The notes beneath the pieces are model-generated. The model worked only from the letters and a program-made list of their open reading frames with translations. It was not told the DNA's origin and ran no database searches. A stretch of DNA of 63,995 nt, counting the filler, from Ionaspis alba (taxonomy: Eukaryota), in assembly GCA_964255285.1 (NCBI GenBank). It is 13 parts of 13 records of this genome, joined end to end, with 100 filler letters (N's around TTAATTAATTAA, not from the genome) between each part and the next. Parts side by side here need not be neighbours in the genome. Positions count along the whole stretch, not along the records: positions 35,034 to 39,868 come from CAXUUL010001066.1; positions 39,969 to 44,777 come from CAXUUL010001067.1; positions 44,878 to 49,671 come from CAXUUL010001068.1; 10 more parts are not named here. The stretch is one strand, 5' to 3'. Positions 35,807 to 49,771 of the stretch are shown here, piece by piece. The stretch's first letter is position 1. Each line of letters starts with the position of its first letter. The position numbers and the translations under genes were made by a program.

Positions 35807-38800
35807 ATGGCCGCAGACAATCCAAACCAGAGACCTCATATTGAGGATCTACCAGGAGCATGGCCATCTGCTTCAGCCAACAGCTTTCGTGAAAACTATC
35901 TACGTCCTCTAGACGGCGACAATGAAGCTTCATCCGGTCTCCCTTCCTCCAACCTCGCTCCACACTCTGGTCCCATCCCATCATCAAGACAGTCTTCAGA
36001 ACAAACAGCCGTATCCTATCCACCAACCACTCATAATGCCTCAGAATCTTCTAGCAGCTCTAAAGCCGCCCCACCAGCAGCGGAGCCACTGTCTACAGAA
36101 AAGAACCTCGAAGAATACGATACAGAGGAAGAAGATGCGAACGATGACGGCCGTTTCCAAGCCATCAAAACTGCACCTTCCAAGACCACTCGGCCAAAGC
36201 TGTCCTCCCGTGGGACAAGCCAGAGAACAGAAGCTGACCTATTCAAAGCCCTGTCAAGACGCAGAACAAACGCTAGCGGCAGGCAAGGTTCCGTCGTCTC
36301 ATCTGCAGAAGATGAAGAAGAGCAGGCCGAGATCGAGAGGCTCATGAGCAGGATGTTCGGAGGCGCTAGACAGGCTCAATCAGAAGATGAGAAAACAAGA
36401 CACGTGGGTGTTGTGTTCAAGAATCTTACGGTCAAGGGTGTGGGGTTGGGTGCTGCTCTTCAGCCGACACTCAGTGGTCCTTTTCTGGGACTACCGAGAC
36501 TTATCAAAGGTCTTTTAAAGAATCCTCGAACCGCTAGTGGCAAGCCTCCTATTCGGACTATTGTCAATAACTTTACTGGATGTATACGACCGGGCGAGAT
36601 GCTACTGGTCCTCGGTCGACCAGGCAGTGGTTGTAGCACTTTTCTCAAGGTGCTGGCCAATCAACGCGCTGGTTTCAAGAGCGTTGAGGGAGATGTTACT
36701 TACGGAGGGGCTTCAGCCGAAACAATGAGTAAAGATTACACCTCTGAAATAGTTTACAATCCTGAAGAGGACCTTCACTACGCTACCTTGACAGTCAAGC
36801 AAACGCTCTCGTTCGCCTTGAAAACTCGAACGCCAGGAAAAGCGTCGAGAAACGAGGGCGAAAGCAGGCAGTCTTATGTCCAGGAGTTTCTCCGTGTCGT
36901 TTCGAAACTCTTCTGGATCGAGCATACCATGGATACCAAAGTTGGCGACGAATTCGTCCGCGGTGTTTCCGGTGGTGAGAAGAAACGTGTCAGTATTGCT
37001 GAGGCTATGATTACCAAGGCCAGCACGCAATGCTGGGACAACTCAACTCGAGGACTCGATGCTAGCACCGCTCTGGAATATGTGCAGTCGCTGCGTTCGT
37101 TGACAAACATGGCTCATATTTCTACATCCGTTGCACTGTACCAGGCCGGAGAATCGTTGTACGAGTTATTTGACAAAGTCATCCTGATTGACGAGGGTCG
37201 ATGTCTCTACTACGGACGCTCAGAAGAGGCTGCCGCCTACTTCGAAGGCCTCGGATTTTACCGTCCAGCTCGTTGGACGACCGCCGATTTCCTTACCTCC
37301 GTATCTGATAGACACGAGCGACAAGTTAAGGAGGGCTGGGAAGACCGTATCCCCAGAAGCGCCGAGCAATTCGAACAGGCTTTCATCAAAAGTTCCCTTC
37401 ATGAGGCCAATTTACGCGACGTTGAAGAGTTCGAGCAACATATTGAAGAGCAGCGTCGCGAACGGGAGGCCGCATCGACAAAAGCAACCAAGAAGAAGAA
37501 TTATAACTTGTCTTTCCAGAAACAGGTCCTTGCTTGCACGAGCCGTCAGTTCCTCGTCCTCTGGGGAGATAAGCTTACACTAGGAGCCAAATGGGGAGGT
37601 ATCTTGTTCCAGGCGCTCATTGTCGGCTCAATCTTTTTCAACTTGCCCCAGACCTCGGCCGGTGTTTTCCCTCGTGGGGGTGTCTTGTTCCTGCTCCTCC
37701 TGTTCAACGCGCTCCTTGCCTTGGCCGAGCTCACTTCCGTCTTTTCGAGTCGGCCGATTCTTCTCAAGCATAAAACTTTCTCGTTTTATCGTCCGGCTGC
37801 TTACGCTATTGCGCAGACTGTCGTGGATGTTCCGCTTGTCGTTGTGCAAGTGGTGATCTTCGATGTGGTGATATACTTCATGGCGGGTCTTGGCAAAACA
37901 CCTTCCCAGTTCTTTATCAGTCTTCTCACACTCTGGATCTCAACCATGGTCATGTACTCTTTTTTCAGAGCTATGGGTGCTTGGTCCAAGTCGCTAGATA
38001 CAGCCACTCAATTTACGGGTGTAGCCATTCAGGCCCTGATTGTCTATACTGGCTATTTCATCCCTCCGATCCAGATGCGACCTTGGTTCAAGTGGCTTAT
38101 CTACATCAATCCCGTTGCCTACGGTTTCGAAATTCTCATGGCCAATGAGTTCGACGGCTTAGACATCCAGTGTGAGGCTCCTAACCTTGTACCACAAGGA
38201 CCAAATGCCACTCCTGCACATCAGTCATGTACCATTCAAGGATCTCAACCTGGCTCGACCATCGTGAACGGCGCCAACTACATCGACGTCGCATTCACAT
38301 ACCAGCGAGCACATTTGTGGCGGAACATCGGCATTCTATTCGCTTTCTGGATTGGCTTTGTTGTTCTCACCATGATCGGTCAGGAGCGACAGAAACCGAA
38401 TTCCACTGGTGGAGCAGTCACGGTCTTCAAGCGTGGTCAGGCTCCCAATACTGTGACTAAGGCTATGGAGAATGGTAGCACACCGTTGGATGAGGAGAAT
38501 GCAGCTGCCGATGATGGAAAGCTAGAGGATGAGATGGCTGGATCTGAAGACACGGAAAATGTTCAGAAGATCGCTAAGAACGACGCTATCTTCACGTATC
38601 AAAACGTCAACTACACTATTCCCGTCAAGGACGGCGAGCGACAGTTGCTGAGAGATGTACAAGGGTTTGTTAGACCAGGCAAGCTCACTGCTCTCATGGG
38701 TGCTTCAGGAGCAGGGAAGACTACATTGCTCAATACTCTGGCCCAGCGAATCAACTTCGGTGTTGTGACTGGCGATTTCCTGGTCGATGGACGACCACTC

Positions 38801-39868
38801 CCTAAGTCATTTCAAAGAGCCACAGGTTTCGCTGAGCAGATGGATGTCCACGAGCCCACTGCCACCGTCAGAGAGGCTCTTCGATTCTCTGCTCTTCTCA
38901 GACAACCCAAAGAGGTGCCCACCACAGAGAAATACGAGTACTGTGAGCGTATCATCGATCTTCTCGAGATGCGAAGCATCGCAGGGGCCACCATCGGCAA
39001 GATCGGCGAAGGTCTGAATCAAGAACAGAGGAAGCGATTGACCATAGCCGTCGAATTGGCCAGCAAGCCCGAACTGCTCATGTTCCTCGACGAGCCCACA
39101 TCAGGTCTAGACTCCGGCGCCGCCTTCAACATCGTTCGGTTCCTCCGCAAACTCGCCGACGCAGGCCAAGCCATCCTCTGCACAATCCATCAACCATCCT
39201 CCGTCCTCTTCGAAGAATTCGACGAACTCCTACTGCTGAAATCGGGCGGCCGTGTCGTTTACCACGGCGCTCTCGGCAAGGACTCCCGCAATCTAATCGA
39301 CTACTTCGAAAGTAACGGCGCCAAGAAATGTCCTCCCAGCGCCAACCCCGCTGAATACATGCTCGAAGCCATAGGAGCCGGCAACCCCGACTACAAAGGC
39401 CAAGACTGGGGCGACGTCTGGGCCAACTCCCGTGAGCATGGAGAACGTGCCCAAGAAATCCAGCAGATGATTAGCGAACGCCGTCAAGCAGCTGGTACCA
39501 GCAAAACAGACGACAATCGCGAGTATGCCATGCCCTTGACCACCCAGATCTACACCGTCGTCAAGCGAACCTTCACAGCCTACTGGCGCACACCGGACTA
39601 CATGATCGGCAAATTCGCGCTGCATATCGTCACTGGTCTCTTCAATTCCTTCACCTTCTACAAGATCGGCAGCTCGACTCTCGACTTGCAAGCCCGGCTC
39701 TTCTCCATCTTCATGACGCTGACTATTTCCCCGCCGCTTATCCAGCAGCTGCAGCCGAAGTTCCTCGATTTCCGTCAGATTTATAAGTCCCGCGAGGCGA
39801 ATAGTAAGATTTATTCTTGGGTTGCGTTCACCACGGGGGCTATTCTTGTGGAGTTGCCGTATTCGATT
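35807..39868 (+). CDS. ABC-G (PDR) multidrug transporter, AtrF-like, 3' truncated
   Basis: Uninterrupted ORF with NBD1 GRPGSGCST, VSGGEKKRVS and CWDNSTRGLD, TMD1, then NBD2 GASGAGKTT, LNQEQRKRLTI and FLDEPTSGLD. Confidence 0.95.
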
Positions 39869-40226
39869 NNNNNNNNNNNNNNNNNNNNNNNNNNNNNNNN
39901 NNNNNNNNNNNNTTAATTAATTAANNNNNNNNNNNNNNNNNNNNNNNNNNNNNNNNNNNNNNNNNNNNGATTATGCGAGGTGGCCGCCGAAAAGAGATTC
40001 TGCCCAGAAGAAGATGAAATACAAACAAGTCAAGAACAGAACAGGAGATATTCTTCAAATGCAGATCAATATCTGCATCTGGAGGTCTTCATGAAACGTC
40101 ATGTTGTGAATGTGTTACCTGAAACAAAGGAGAAGTATGATGATCATTCGAGACGACCACCGACTGTGAATGCTTTTGACAACAGGATGAGTTGAAACTT
40201 GTTGCTTCAATTGCGAGGTATTTTCA

Positions 40227-41650
40227 TCAGCTACCCAAATACCTCTTCCATCCAGTCCTCACGCAATATCGTTTCCCATCATCGGCATTTCCCACAATGA
40301 ACTTTTCCCACCGACCATCCCTGCCAGCGCCAATTACCAAGATTGTGTATTCGTTAAGCCATCCAGTAATTCCTTTCGCCGGTCTACCGCCTGGAATCCC
40401 TGGTATAGGGGTAGATAAAGCCCCAAGTCCGCTGCCAAACACCGGTCCTGGATCGTCACCAGCCTCAAAGTGCGCCGAGGCAAAGGAATAGATATCCGAG
40501 AAGACTCGGGGAAGCAGAGGGATTTTCCCAAGTATACCCCATTTCTGGCTGGATGTTTCGTCGTTACTACCAAGCGAGGCTGTGCTGGTTGTCGAGTTGT
40601 ACTGCCTTGTCCCACTGCCGTACTCCTGAGAAGCTCTCATCGGATGAGGCAGATCAAAGATGTGGAGCGTTGATTTGTCCGAGGTAACGGCAAGGAGCGT
40701 GCTGTCAGGGGAGATACCGATGGAATATATTATGGCATGATCGACACCGCGGCGAAGCTCAGCAATTCGGGCGGTATTACTAGTTGCGAAGATGCGAATA
40801 AGGGTACCCTTATCAACCAGTCAGGAATGGCTCGATTAGCGGTGAGGGAGAACATACCGTTTCGCTAGCAGTAGCGAGCACTTGACCATCAGGACTCAGC
40901 TCGAGAGCTTTCAACGGCGAGCCGTGTGCTGGTATTATGCTGACATTGCCAGTATCAATCTCTACCAGCTGCACTTGACCGGGCGTTATGCCGGGAAACG
41001 CCACAACCTTTGAGCCCAAACAGCAGAGACCAGAATGATTATCGGCTGTTTCGAAGACCGAGAGCTTCTCTGGCGGCGATGAAAAGGCGAACACGTGGAT
41101 GCTATTCTGGAGTGCTACCACAATCCGTGACCGAGAAAGCCGCACACGATGGACTTGAGTACGGAACTCGAGTGTAATGACTGCTTTTTGCTTCGCATCG
41201 TCCCAAACTATGACCTAATGAGGTTCAGCCAAAGAAAGCCTCAGATAGCAGCAGGAGTATCAAGCTTACCGACCTTGTTTTGCGGGAACTTAGGTTGCTT
41301 CCCTCCCCCGACTAGTGCTATGTAGTTCGCACGTCCTAGCATTTCAGCAATCCCGATGCCTGCATTGAAGTCTGAATACGCCAACCCATCAGTTCTGCGT
41401 TCAGCACGATAGAACTATCTCATCGGAAAGGTAAACATACCTCTTGAGACCTTGAGTTCGCAAGGTTCTGTATTGAAGACTGGTGGGATCTTGGTTAGCA
41501 AGATACAACCTCTTCAGGCTCAAGCAGAAATCAAGACTTACCACAGAAACCTGTATCGAGACCGACCGCGAAGCAGCTGCTGTCCTGGTTAAAGGCTACT
41601 GACAACGAAATTGGTCCAGCGGAGTCGTCAATAGCGGGCCGAGTGTTCAT
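40227..41650 (-). CDS. HSV2: PROPPIN WD40 protein Hsv2 (SVP1-like 2, Atg18/WIPI family)
   Basis: [60 protein letters not shown] (L/FRRG lipid-binding motif), [11 protein letters not shown] and DGRWEKF. Confidence 0.88.
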
Positions 41651-42009
41651 CGTGGAGGAGTCGGGTCTCGACTACGGCGTAAACGCCTAGAGCAGTGACT
41701 GCAAGCAGTCTTCGACCTAGTCAAATCACCAGTCATGAGGCTGCGCAGAGTGTGAACACTGGAATATACCTTCGAATAACGATCGGGATTGTAACTGCTG
41801 GACTGGTAGCTTACCCCTGTAATTGCGCTTGCTCGTTTTTGACAAGCGCCGCCCTCTGCTCGAACCCCAGCTTTCAATTTCAAGGAGCCCCTTAAGTTTT
41901 TGGCAGCAGTCCGCAATTTATCGCTACAGCTTCACGACACCGCAAATCACTCCTTTCTAAAACACCGGCGCGCATCACTGTCATCTGCTAGATCAACGCT
42001 TCTCCAAGC

Positions 42010-43473
42010 ATGTCTTCGCCATTGAACGCGGTATGTGTACGAGTTGTTGAAGTCCTTGGGCACTCTTACCTGCTTCAACCGTTAAGCTTTCTATCTCCAC
42101 CTTCGCCGGCTGACACGCAATTCACATACGCAGATCAAGATGAGGCGGAAGAAGAACTTCAAGAAGGGAATTCAATTCTGTTTGATGGTCTGTGGCGCTT
42201 CAGGAACTGGTATGCATAAGTTCAATGACCCTAGCTTCAGAGTATGACTGATCAAAATCACATGAAGGCCGTACCACCTTTGTCAATACCCTGTGTGGCA
42301 AGAAGGTCCTTCGAGGGAAGGACTCTGACGACGCCCACAATGCCCACCTGGAGGAAGGCGTCAAGATCAAACCCGTTACAGTCGGTATGTGATGGAATAT
42401 TACTGTTGTTCTGTGTCAGGCCCACTAATATCTAGCAGATCTTGAGCTGGACGAAGAAGGCACCCGTATCTCTCTAACCATTGTTGACACGCCAGGCTTC
42501 GGCGACCAGATCGATAACGAAGCTAGCTTCTCTGAGATCGTGGAATACCTCGAGCGGGAATACGATAACATTTTAGCAGAAGAGTCGAGGATTAAGCGTA
42601 ATCCTAGATTCAAGGATAACCGAGTTCACGCGTTGCTGTACTTCATCACGCCTACTGGTCACGGGTACGATTGCCGAACACTGCGACAGCAATAAAAGGA
42701 TGAAGGCTAATGTTAATGGCAGACTTCGAGAACTTGACATCGAGCTCATGAAGCGCCTCTCACCTCGTGTCAATGTCATTCCAGTCATCGGGAAAGCAGA
42801 CTCTCTCACTCCAGCCGAACTTGCAGAGTCAAAGAAGCTTGTCATGGAGGACATTGAGCACTACCGCATCCCTGTCTACAATTTCCCGTACGACGTTGAG
42901 GAAGACGACGAAGATACTGTGGAAGAGAACGCAGAGCTCCGTGGTCTGATGCCATTCGCCATCGTAGGCTCGGAGGAGGTTGTGGACATTGGCGGTCGCA
43001 AAGTCCGAGCAAGACAATACCCATGGGGCGTAGTCGAGGTCGACAATCCTCGTCATTCAGACTTCCTCGCTATCAGGAGTGCTCTCTTGCACAGCCATCT
43101 TGCGGATCTCAAAGAGATTACGAACGACTTCCTTTATGAGAACTACAGAACCGACAAGCTCAGTAAGGGTGTGGAAGGAGGGGCGTAAGTCGACCAACCT
43201 ATTGAACTTCCTGAATTGATATTGACAACATGAATTCATAGTGACTCCTCTATGAACCCCGATGACCTGGCCTCGCAATCCGTCCGTCTGAAAGAAGAAC
43301 AGCTCCGTCGTGAGGAAGAGAAGCTCCGTGAGATCGAGGTCAAGGTGCAGCGTGAGATCAACGAGAAGAGACAGGAGTTGCTAGCACGTGAGAGTCAGTT
43401 GAAGGAGATTGAGACTAGGATGCGCCGAGAGCAGTCCACTCCGATGGACGACGCGAATGGGGAGCTTGCTTGA
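42010..43473 (+). CDS. CDC11: Septin Cdc11 (AspA)
   Basis: RRKKNFKKGIQFCLMVCGASGTGRTTFVNTL, LTIVDTPGFGD, VIPVIGKADSLT, RQYPWG and a C-terminal coiled coil; multiple short introns. Confidence 0.93.
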
Positions 43474-43849
43474 GGGACGGTACTAGCCACTGAATATCTG
43501 CCACTAGTCTGTTATGGCAGACAAAGGTTTGCGACGATGTTTTCTATGTTACTTGTGTTTGCAAGATCGTGAATATCCCTGGGCAGATCATTCGGGGTCT
43601 GACTTGCCCACGTTTTCGTGCTTTCTTACAGCTTGTCACTTGGCACAATGACGTGTCTCGATCGAGAACTGGAACAAGGGGGTTTGAGCGCTGGTGGAGT
43701 AGATAATCAAGCATTGATATATCCGAGATCTTTGTCTGGCCAGGCTACGCTTTGAAGTGATCTAAACTTTGTCGTCATCGTGTCATTCAGGGGGTGCTGC
43801 AAATTATGGGCTTTCACGCAAATTCTACTGTTCACGGCACACTCTAACG

Positions 43850-44060
43850 TCTACTGCCCACTTTTAGTCGTTGAGATGGGATGTGGAGATGTAAAGACTG
43901 ATACCAGAGCAGGAATCATAAGCCAGTCAGCGGTAGCGAACGTGACCTTCTGCGAATAACGCGTATAAAATCGAAGTGCAACAGCTATGGTTCCCAAAAT
44001 AGGGAAGACAACGCTCACAGCAATTACACGGCCAGGTGTCAAGTATGTCGTGACGATGGG
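43850..44060 (-). pseudogene. Orphan first-exon relic of a Pth11-like membrane protein
   Basis: TYLTPGRVIAVSVVFPILGTIAVALRFYTR..ADWLMIPAL is followed by a GT donor, but I see no ATG (ATC where ATG is expected) and no downstream exons before the CDC11 3' end. Confidence 0.55.
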
Positions 44061-45610
44061 TCCTCCGAAGCAGAGCATAAGGATCAAAACTACAAAACAG
44101 ATGCTGGAAATGGATGCTGGGGGCTTTTAGGATAGTTCATAGGACTGGCAAAATCCCCAGGATCATCGGAAATAGCGTAGGACATGGTAGATATTGCGAA
44201 GACCGCACAGTAGACAGATAGGGTACACGTGACGTATGTCGGAGCACGATAGGATTTCGAGGCGCGTACAAATCGGAAAGGAGACTCATAGAGTGGCAGA
44301 GATCAAGGCTCCGGGGAGCAACCGACAGCAAAGAAACGCTGGCCACAACTGCATGATATACTTGCATGGGGTTTTGTTCGCTGTACAATCCTGACTCTTA
44401 GTCATGCTGTACGACCTGCCTGACCGAGCATATCATTTGGGGGATTTCCCAGACTCATAATCTCGCATTGAACCAAAGCATAGACTAAAAAACAATATTG
44501 AGACAGACAATATGACCGTGTAGCCAATTTATAAAAGAGTCCTACGCAGACCATTCCAGAGAACTACTTGCAATAAAATCAGGGATCAAAAAATAGCAGA
44601 CTCACAGGCGTGGTACGCCCGCGGTTAAACCACTGTCGGCGGCTAATCATATTAGTTCCAGGTTAATCTGGATTTTGCAAGCAGCACCACAGCAGGCACT
44701 ACGCAGTAGCTCGAAAGGACAAAGATCTTGATAGCTTCAACTGTGCTATCCTAATTACCGCACAGATATCCAGTTTGNNNNNNNNNNNNNNNNNNNNNNN
44801 NNNNNNNNNNNNNNNNNNNNNTTAATTAATTAANNNNNNNNNNNNNNNNNNNNNNNNNNNNNNNNNNNNNNNNNNNNTGACGATGTTACATCTTGTCCAG
44901 GAAACCAATTGAACTCTCCGATGTCTCCGATCAGACCTGTTCAGAAGTGAAATGTTGTCTATCTAATCTACATTTGTAGCATTTATGCATGTCATCCCTC
45001 CTAAGCTTCGGCTTCCTCCCCCAGGTCGAACTATGACAGTCAGCAGATGGAGGGATGGCTCAATGCATCAAACCAGTCACACGACGTAGTACAGCTAATG
45101 CCTAGTAACACGGTAGTTTTATTTACTTTGGTCTAGCCAAGATTAAGATATTCATTTCGAGCTTTGCACGTATCCCGCTCGATAATGAAACAATCACTGC
45201 CAACGATATGAGGCTGAAACTTCATGGTGCTAGACCGTTTAACTTCCTAGTTCGTTTGAGTTCAGCTCGGGCACCGAAACTCAAATTACCGACTCCTTCA
45301 ATAGTCTTTGGTGATATTTGGCACGGTAATAGTGCTTATCCTATGAGAGGACGAGGAGAGCCCTCCTGGACAGTAGAGGTCCAACACAAGCGTCCAAGCC
45401 ACGCCACATGGGTACGTCAAATTTGTAGCTAATAGCTCACCTCCAAGAACGAGATAATACTATCCCATCTCAAAGCCTCAGCCTCGCCCGAACGAAAAAA
45501 ATACTCACTCAACTCCAACTCTCTATTCTGTTGACATTTCCATACCCAATATCGAAACCCCACCCTCCTCACCAACCGACCGTAAACGTAATACCAAGCC
45601 CACAACGAAA

Positions 45611-46393
45611 ATGCGCTTCCTCAAAGACACTCAAACGACCGCCAACAGCACAGGCGGCCCCCTTGTCATCGCCGCCGGCCTCCCTCGCTGCGCGACCTCC
45701 TCCCTACAAGCGGCACTCGAAGGGCCTCTTGGATACGCACCCTGCATGCACATGGCCTATGTCGTTCCCCACGTGTCGCGACTCAAACTCACCGAAACGG
45801 CCATGCGCGAGAAAGACAAATCAAAACGCCAAGCCATACTGCACGAGCTCTTCGACGGCTACGCGGCGACCTGCGATTTCCCGGGCATGGCATTCGTCGA
45901 CGATCTGATCGAGATGTACCCGAAAGCGAAGATCGTGTTGAACACGCGGGAGAGCGCGGAGATGTGGAAAAAGTCGGTGGAGAACACTGTGGTGTATTTT
46001 TCGAGCCAGAAGTATTTCTGGAGCACGTGGCTTGTGCCGACGGATTATTGGCATCATATGAACCACCGTGCGTACTGGGATTTGGCCAGAGATCGATGGG
46101 GCATCGAGAAATGGGCGAGTGTTGAATGCTATGAGAAGCATAATACGTGGGTGCGGGAGGTGGCGAAGAAGAATGGGAGAGAGGTGCTGGAGTGGAAGCC
46201 GGAGATGGGATGGGGTCCTTTGTGTAATTTTCTGGGCAAGGACGTCCCGCAAGAGCCGTTCCCGAGGTTGAACGAGGCAGCTTTTATAAAGAAGTTGATC
46301 ATAATCCTGACGGTGAGGGGAATTCTGGCGTGGGTTGTGGCCTTCTCGGCTCCGCTGGTGGCATTGTACGGAATTTGGTGGATGAGAAGTTGA
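45611..46393 (+). CDS. Sulfotransferase-like P-loop protein (Sulfotransfer_4 type) with C-terminal TM
   Basis: VIAAGLPRCATSSLQAALE, PCMHM, ATCDFP, YPKAKIVLNTR, GWGPLCNFLGKDVPQEPFPRLN. Confidence 0.88.
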   Translation: MRFLKDTQTTANSTGGPLVIAAGLPRCATSSLQAALEGPLGYAPCMHMAYVVPHVSRLKLTETAMREKDKSKRQAILHELFDGYAATCDFPGMAFVDDLIEMYPKAKIVLNTRESAEMWKKSVENTVVYFSSQKYFWSTWLVPTDYWHHMNHRAYWDLARDRWGIEKWASVECYEKHNTWVREVAKKNGREVLEWKPEMGWGPLCNFLGKDVPQEPFPRLNEAAFIKKLIIILTVRGILAWVVAFSAPLVALYGIWWMRS

Positions 46394-46687
46394 GAGGCGA
46401 GTATCCACGACCTGTGGATTGACTTTGGAGGACCACATTGTAGCCCTAACATATTGTCCAACGAGTATTGTCTTCCACTAGTTCATTCCATAGCCTTTAA
46501 ATTAATAACCTGGTCTGTCATGGATTCGATTATCAGACTTTGAGTGATAACTGGTGCTGATACGCGGTTAAATGTTGTGGTAGAAATTCTCTTTTTGCAG
46601 TCCCTTCGTGCCGCATCATCCTTCTAGACACGCTATCTTGTTTGACCGAGCGTGCATTCTCCGTATTCTTTGGGTCAGTAGATGTCT

Positions 46688-47801
46688 TCATCGAGGGGGC
46701 GGCGCAAATTCCATGGGATCGATAGGATTGTACGCGCCACTTGCTGGCCCAGCATAACGCCTGATCGTCTCTTCTCTTCCTCGAACTTCGCGCTCGTTCT
46801 GCATCAAGACACAACAACAGCAGCAAAACGAGCTCAAGAAGTCATTTGCAAAGCTTCCCGTGATTTTATATAACTTTCGTATCCTCGTTCGTTGAATTGC
46901 GGCAAAGATCCCTACAATCGCAAAACGTCAGTCTCTCTGTCATACAATTCCCGAAATGTGACTTACATTGAAAGCCACAAGCCACTGCCATGAGTCCACA
47001 AGAGCTATTGACGCTCTCGTATCCTAGTAAATCTGTTGCTTCTCGCTTTTGTGCTTTTTGGGTCAGACGGTATTGCGTTTTTCCGTAGACCATGCAGGGA
47101 CAAAACAGGCCGATACAGCACAGAGAGTCGGCCTCGCACATCCCATGTTTCCATTGCGGGTCGACCTGGGAATTTGGATGTGCAACCTGCCCGGGACGAT
47201 GGCTGGCAAGAGAAGCATTCGGTCCGGTTGGAGAGTAGGGATTATACGTCAATGTTGGCTGGGTATGAACTAGCTTCGGCTCTTCCCCTTTTCGATCTCT
47301 ATCAGTAGCATGTGACGGTGTTGTAGAAGGGGCAACAACGCCTTGGTATTTTCTGGCGTCAGATGAATCGGGTGCAATCACAGGGTACCGCTGCGCTGAT
47401 TGGTATGGTACTGTTGTCGAAAGCGAAAACGAAGTTTGCGCGTCTGCATACGGGGCAGAAAGTGCTGGATGTGGTTCGGCGGGTGTCGCAATGCTGTAAG
47501 GAGAATTCACACGGTCCGGAATGCTCTTCTCAACGGGATAAGGTGACCTGGCTTGGTATTCATGGATGTCTGAAAGCGTTTGTTGGTGTGGTGTAAAGTC
47601 TATGGGCGATTCATCGATGGTAGAGTTCGTAGGGCTCGAGAATTGCTGGAAGGTTGCCGGCTGCATCTGCAGCGGTGTCTCTGCATATGAGAATCGGTGA
47701 TTGGATTGGAGATTCTGGGTCTGAAGAGGTCCAGGAACCGCTGCTCCACGGAGTACTCGGCGAGGCTCGCGAGCATTGTCGCCCGGGCGTCTTGATGCCA
47801 T
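46688..47801 (-). CDS. PLAC8 family Cys-rich protein
   Basis: WKHGMC..LCCIGLFCPCMVYGKT; intron ~46965-46912; QRTRIRKLYKITGS..SFCCCCCVLMQNEREV. Confidence 0.9.
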
Positions 47802-48439
47802 GCTTATATCTGGGTTACTCCTTGGTATAAGCGCAATCTCTTGCGGAAGATGAATACAACAGCTTGGCACGATCTGATGTCGACAGCAACGCTCCTCGAA
47901 TCGCTCACACGGCCAGAGTGGGAAAGTGAGGCATAAAGCTGTAGAAGCCTAGTTCGTTGAAATTGGGATGGCCGTGCATTATAGTTACACACAAAGGAAG
48001 TAAATCAATCATCGTGGCACGCATCGCTGGATTACGTTGGCGTTATTGCACAGCGCTTTGGAGTGCTGTGGCTGATTGGTTGAAGCTTCATGGCCGGTGT
48101 CTGGAAAGCGCTTACAAGAACCCGGGGTTTGCTGCGTCACTTGAGATCCCTGTCACCTTGGAGATCGATCTTCATGATTTCGTTAGCCCCAGCAAGCGAA
48201 TCTTGAACTCCGGAAAGTCTACAACTGCACATTATAGTCTACAAAAAGAGATGGCAACTTTTTGATGTACAGCTATCTACAATTCACTGGGTTGCCGTAG
48301 TTTGACAGGCCAGGCATCAAGCACAGTTGCAAGATCCACACTTTGATGATAAAGTCGAGGCAGCTCTCACTCTCTAGCCTCAGCCTAAGTACGGATCAGT
48401 AACGTAGCTCGCAACTTCCTGAAAGAAGTATTGTTGAGA

Positions 48440-49509
48440 CTATACCTGCGGTCGCTTTGGGTCGACGGTTCCTTTAGATTTTGAGGTTTCTGGAGTACCC
48501 TCACCTTTCCTGCTCTTTTCGGGATTATTCGTAATATCGGTCGAGTGCTTCGTGTCGGTGTTACTCAGACCTTCTTGCTTGCCGGACTGTGACTGCATGC
48601 CACCAGGAGGTTTCGAAGCAGCAGGCTGTAGTAAAAAGGAGGATCAGCATTGGCTTTGTGCATCCGGAATGGATTCATAATACCTTGTCTCCCACATGAG
48701 GTTCTTCCGCGACTTCGCCTTGCTTCATGCCATAATCACTTTCAATCCGCTTCTTGTTGTACCCTTTGGCATCAGGTATATGCTTGCGAGTGTCTCCCTG
48801 CTCTCCATCCTTTGTACCTCCTTTAGTGGCGCCTTTGAATCTCACTCCCTCCACGTTACCGCCTCCGCCCACTTCGTGTGCAGTGTTTCCAGATTCTTCG
48901 TCGTCAGAAGTATCGGGTGTGTCTTGTTGTTTTTCTCCTTCGTCACCAGAATCATCACTTTTATCGTCTTGCTTTTCGTCCGAGCTTTCCTCGTTCTCAT
49001 CGCTAGTATCGTCTTTAACCTCTTCGATTGATTCCTCCGGCTTCTCAGAGTCTGCTGTCTCTTCCTCGGAGGCTTCTCCCTCATGCTCCCCTCCTTCGTG
49101 CTCCCCGCCATGTTCATCTCCATGTTCACTGTGACCATGGTCTGCTGTAGGAGTTTGCTGCGCCAGATAGTAGCATGTCGGAACGGTGACGGCAATGGAG
49201 CCTATGAGCCTAATTGCGGTCTTGTCAATTCGCAAGAAGACAAACATTGAGTAATGCGCATGGTGGAAATTGAAAGCCATGTTTGTGGAAGTTTCGGAAA
49301 CGTATTGTATTATCTGTGTCATAGTAAATGAGAACCCACCATGGAAGGTCGCCTCCTGCCTTTGAAGAGCTATGATCGCCCCCACTGGCATAGCCTCTTC
49401 TCTGAATTAAATGCCAGCTTTGTCTGGAGAACGTGCTTCGAATAGGTACCGCAGCGGATCTGTATCGAGCAAGCGCCGACCATGACGTAGGACGTCTAGC
49501 GAGGACCAT
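48440..49509 (-). CDS. Conserved acidic fungal protein with predicted mitochondrial presequence and single TM
   Basis: Arg/Ser-rich N-terminus ending QRRGYAS; GGDLPWLIGSIAVTVP; His/Glu-rich tract; RKHIPDAKGYNKKRIES; KQEGLSNTDTKHS..KGEGTPETSKSKGTVDPKRPQV. Confidence 0.8.
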
Positions 49510-49771
49510 TGCAAGTTCCCTGGGAAGCCAGAGAGGCTGTAAAATCAATATACCACACTTCAAAGGAGAAAAGTAGAAGACAGGCTGATCTTTCACATTC
49601 AATAGTGGAGTTCGTCGAGAGCTTCGCTGAGAGGCTGGAGGGAGCTCCGACAGACTCGAAGCTAGCAGGGANNNNNNNNNNNNNNNNNNNNNNNNNNNNN
49701 NNNNNNNNNNNNNNNTTAATTAATTAANNNNNNNNNNNNNNNNNNNNNNNNNNNNNNNNNNNNNNNNNNNN

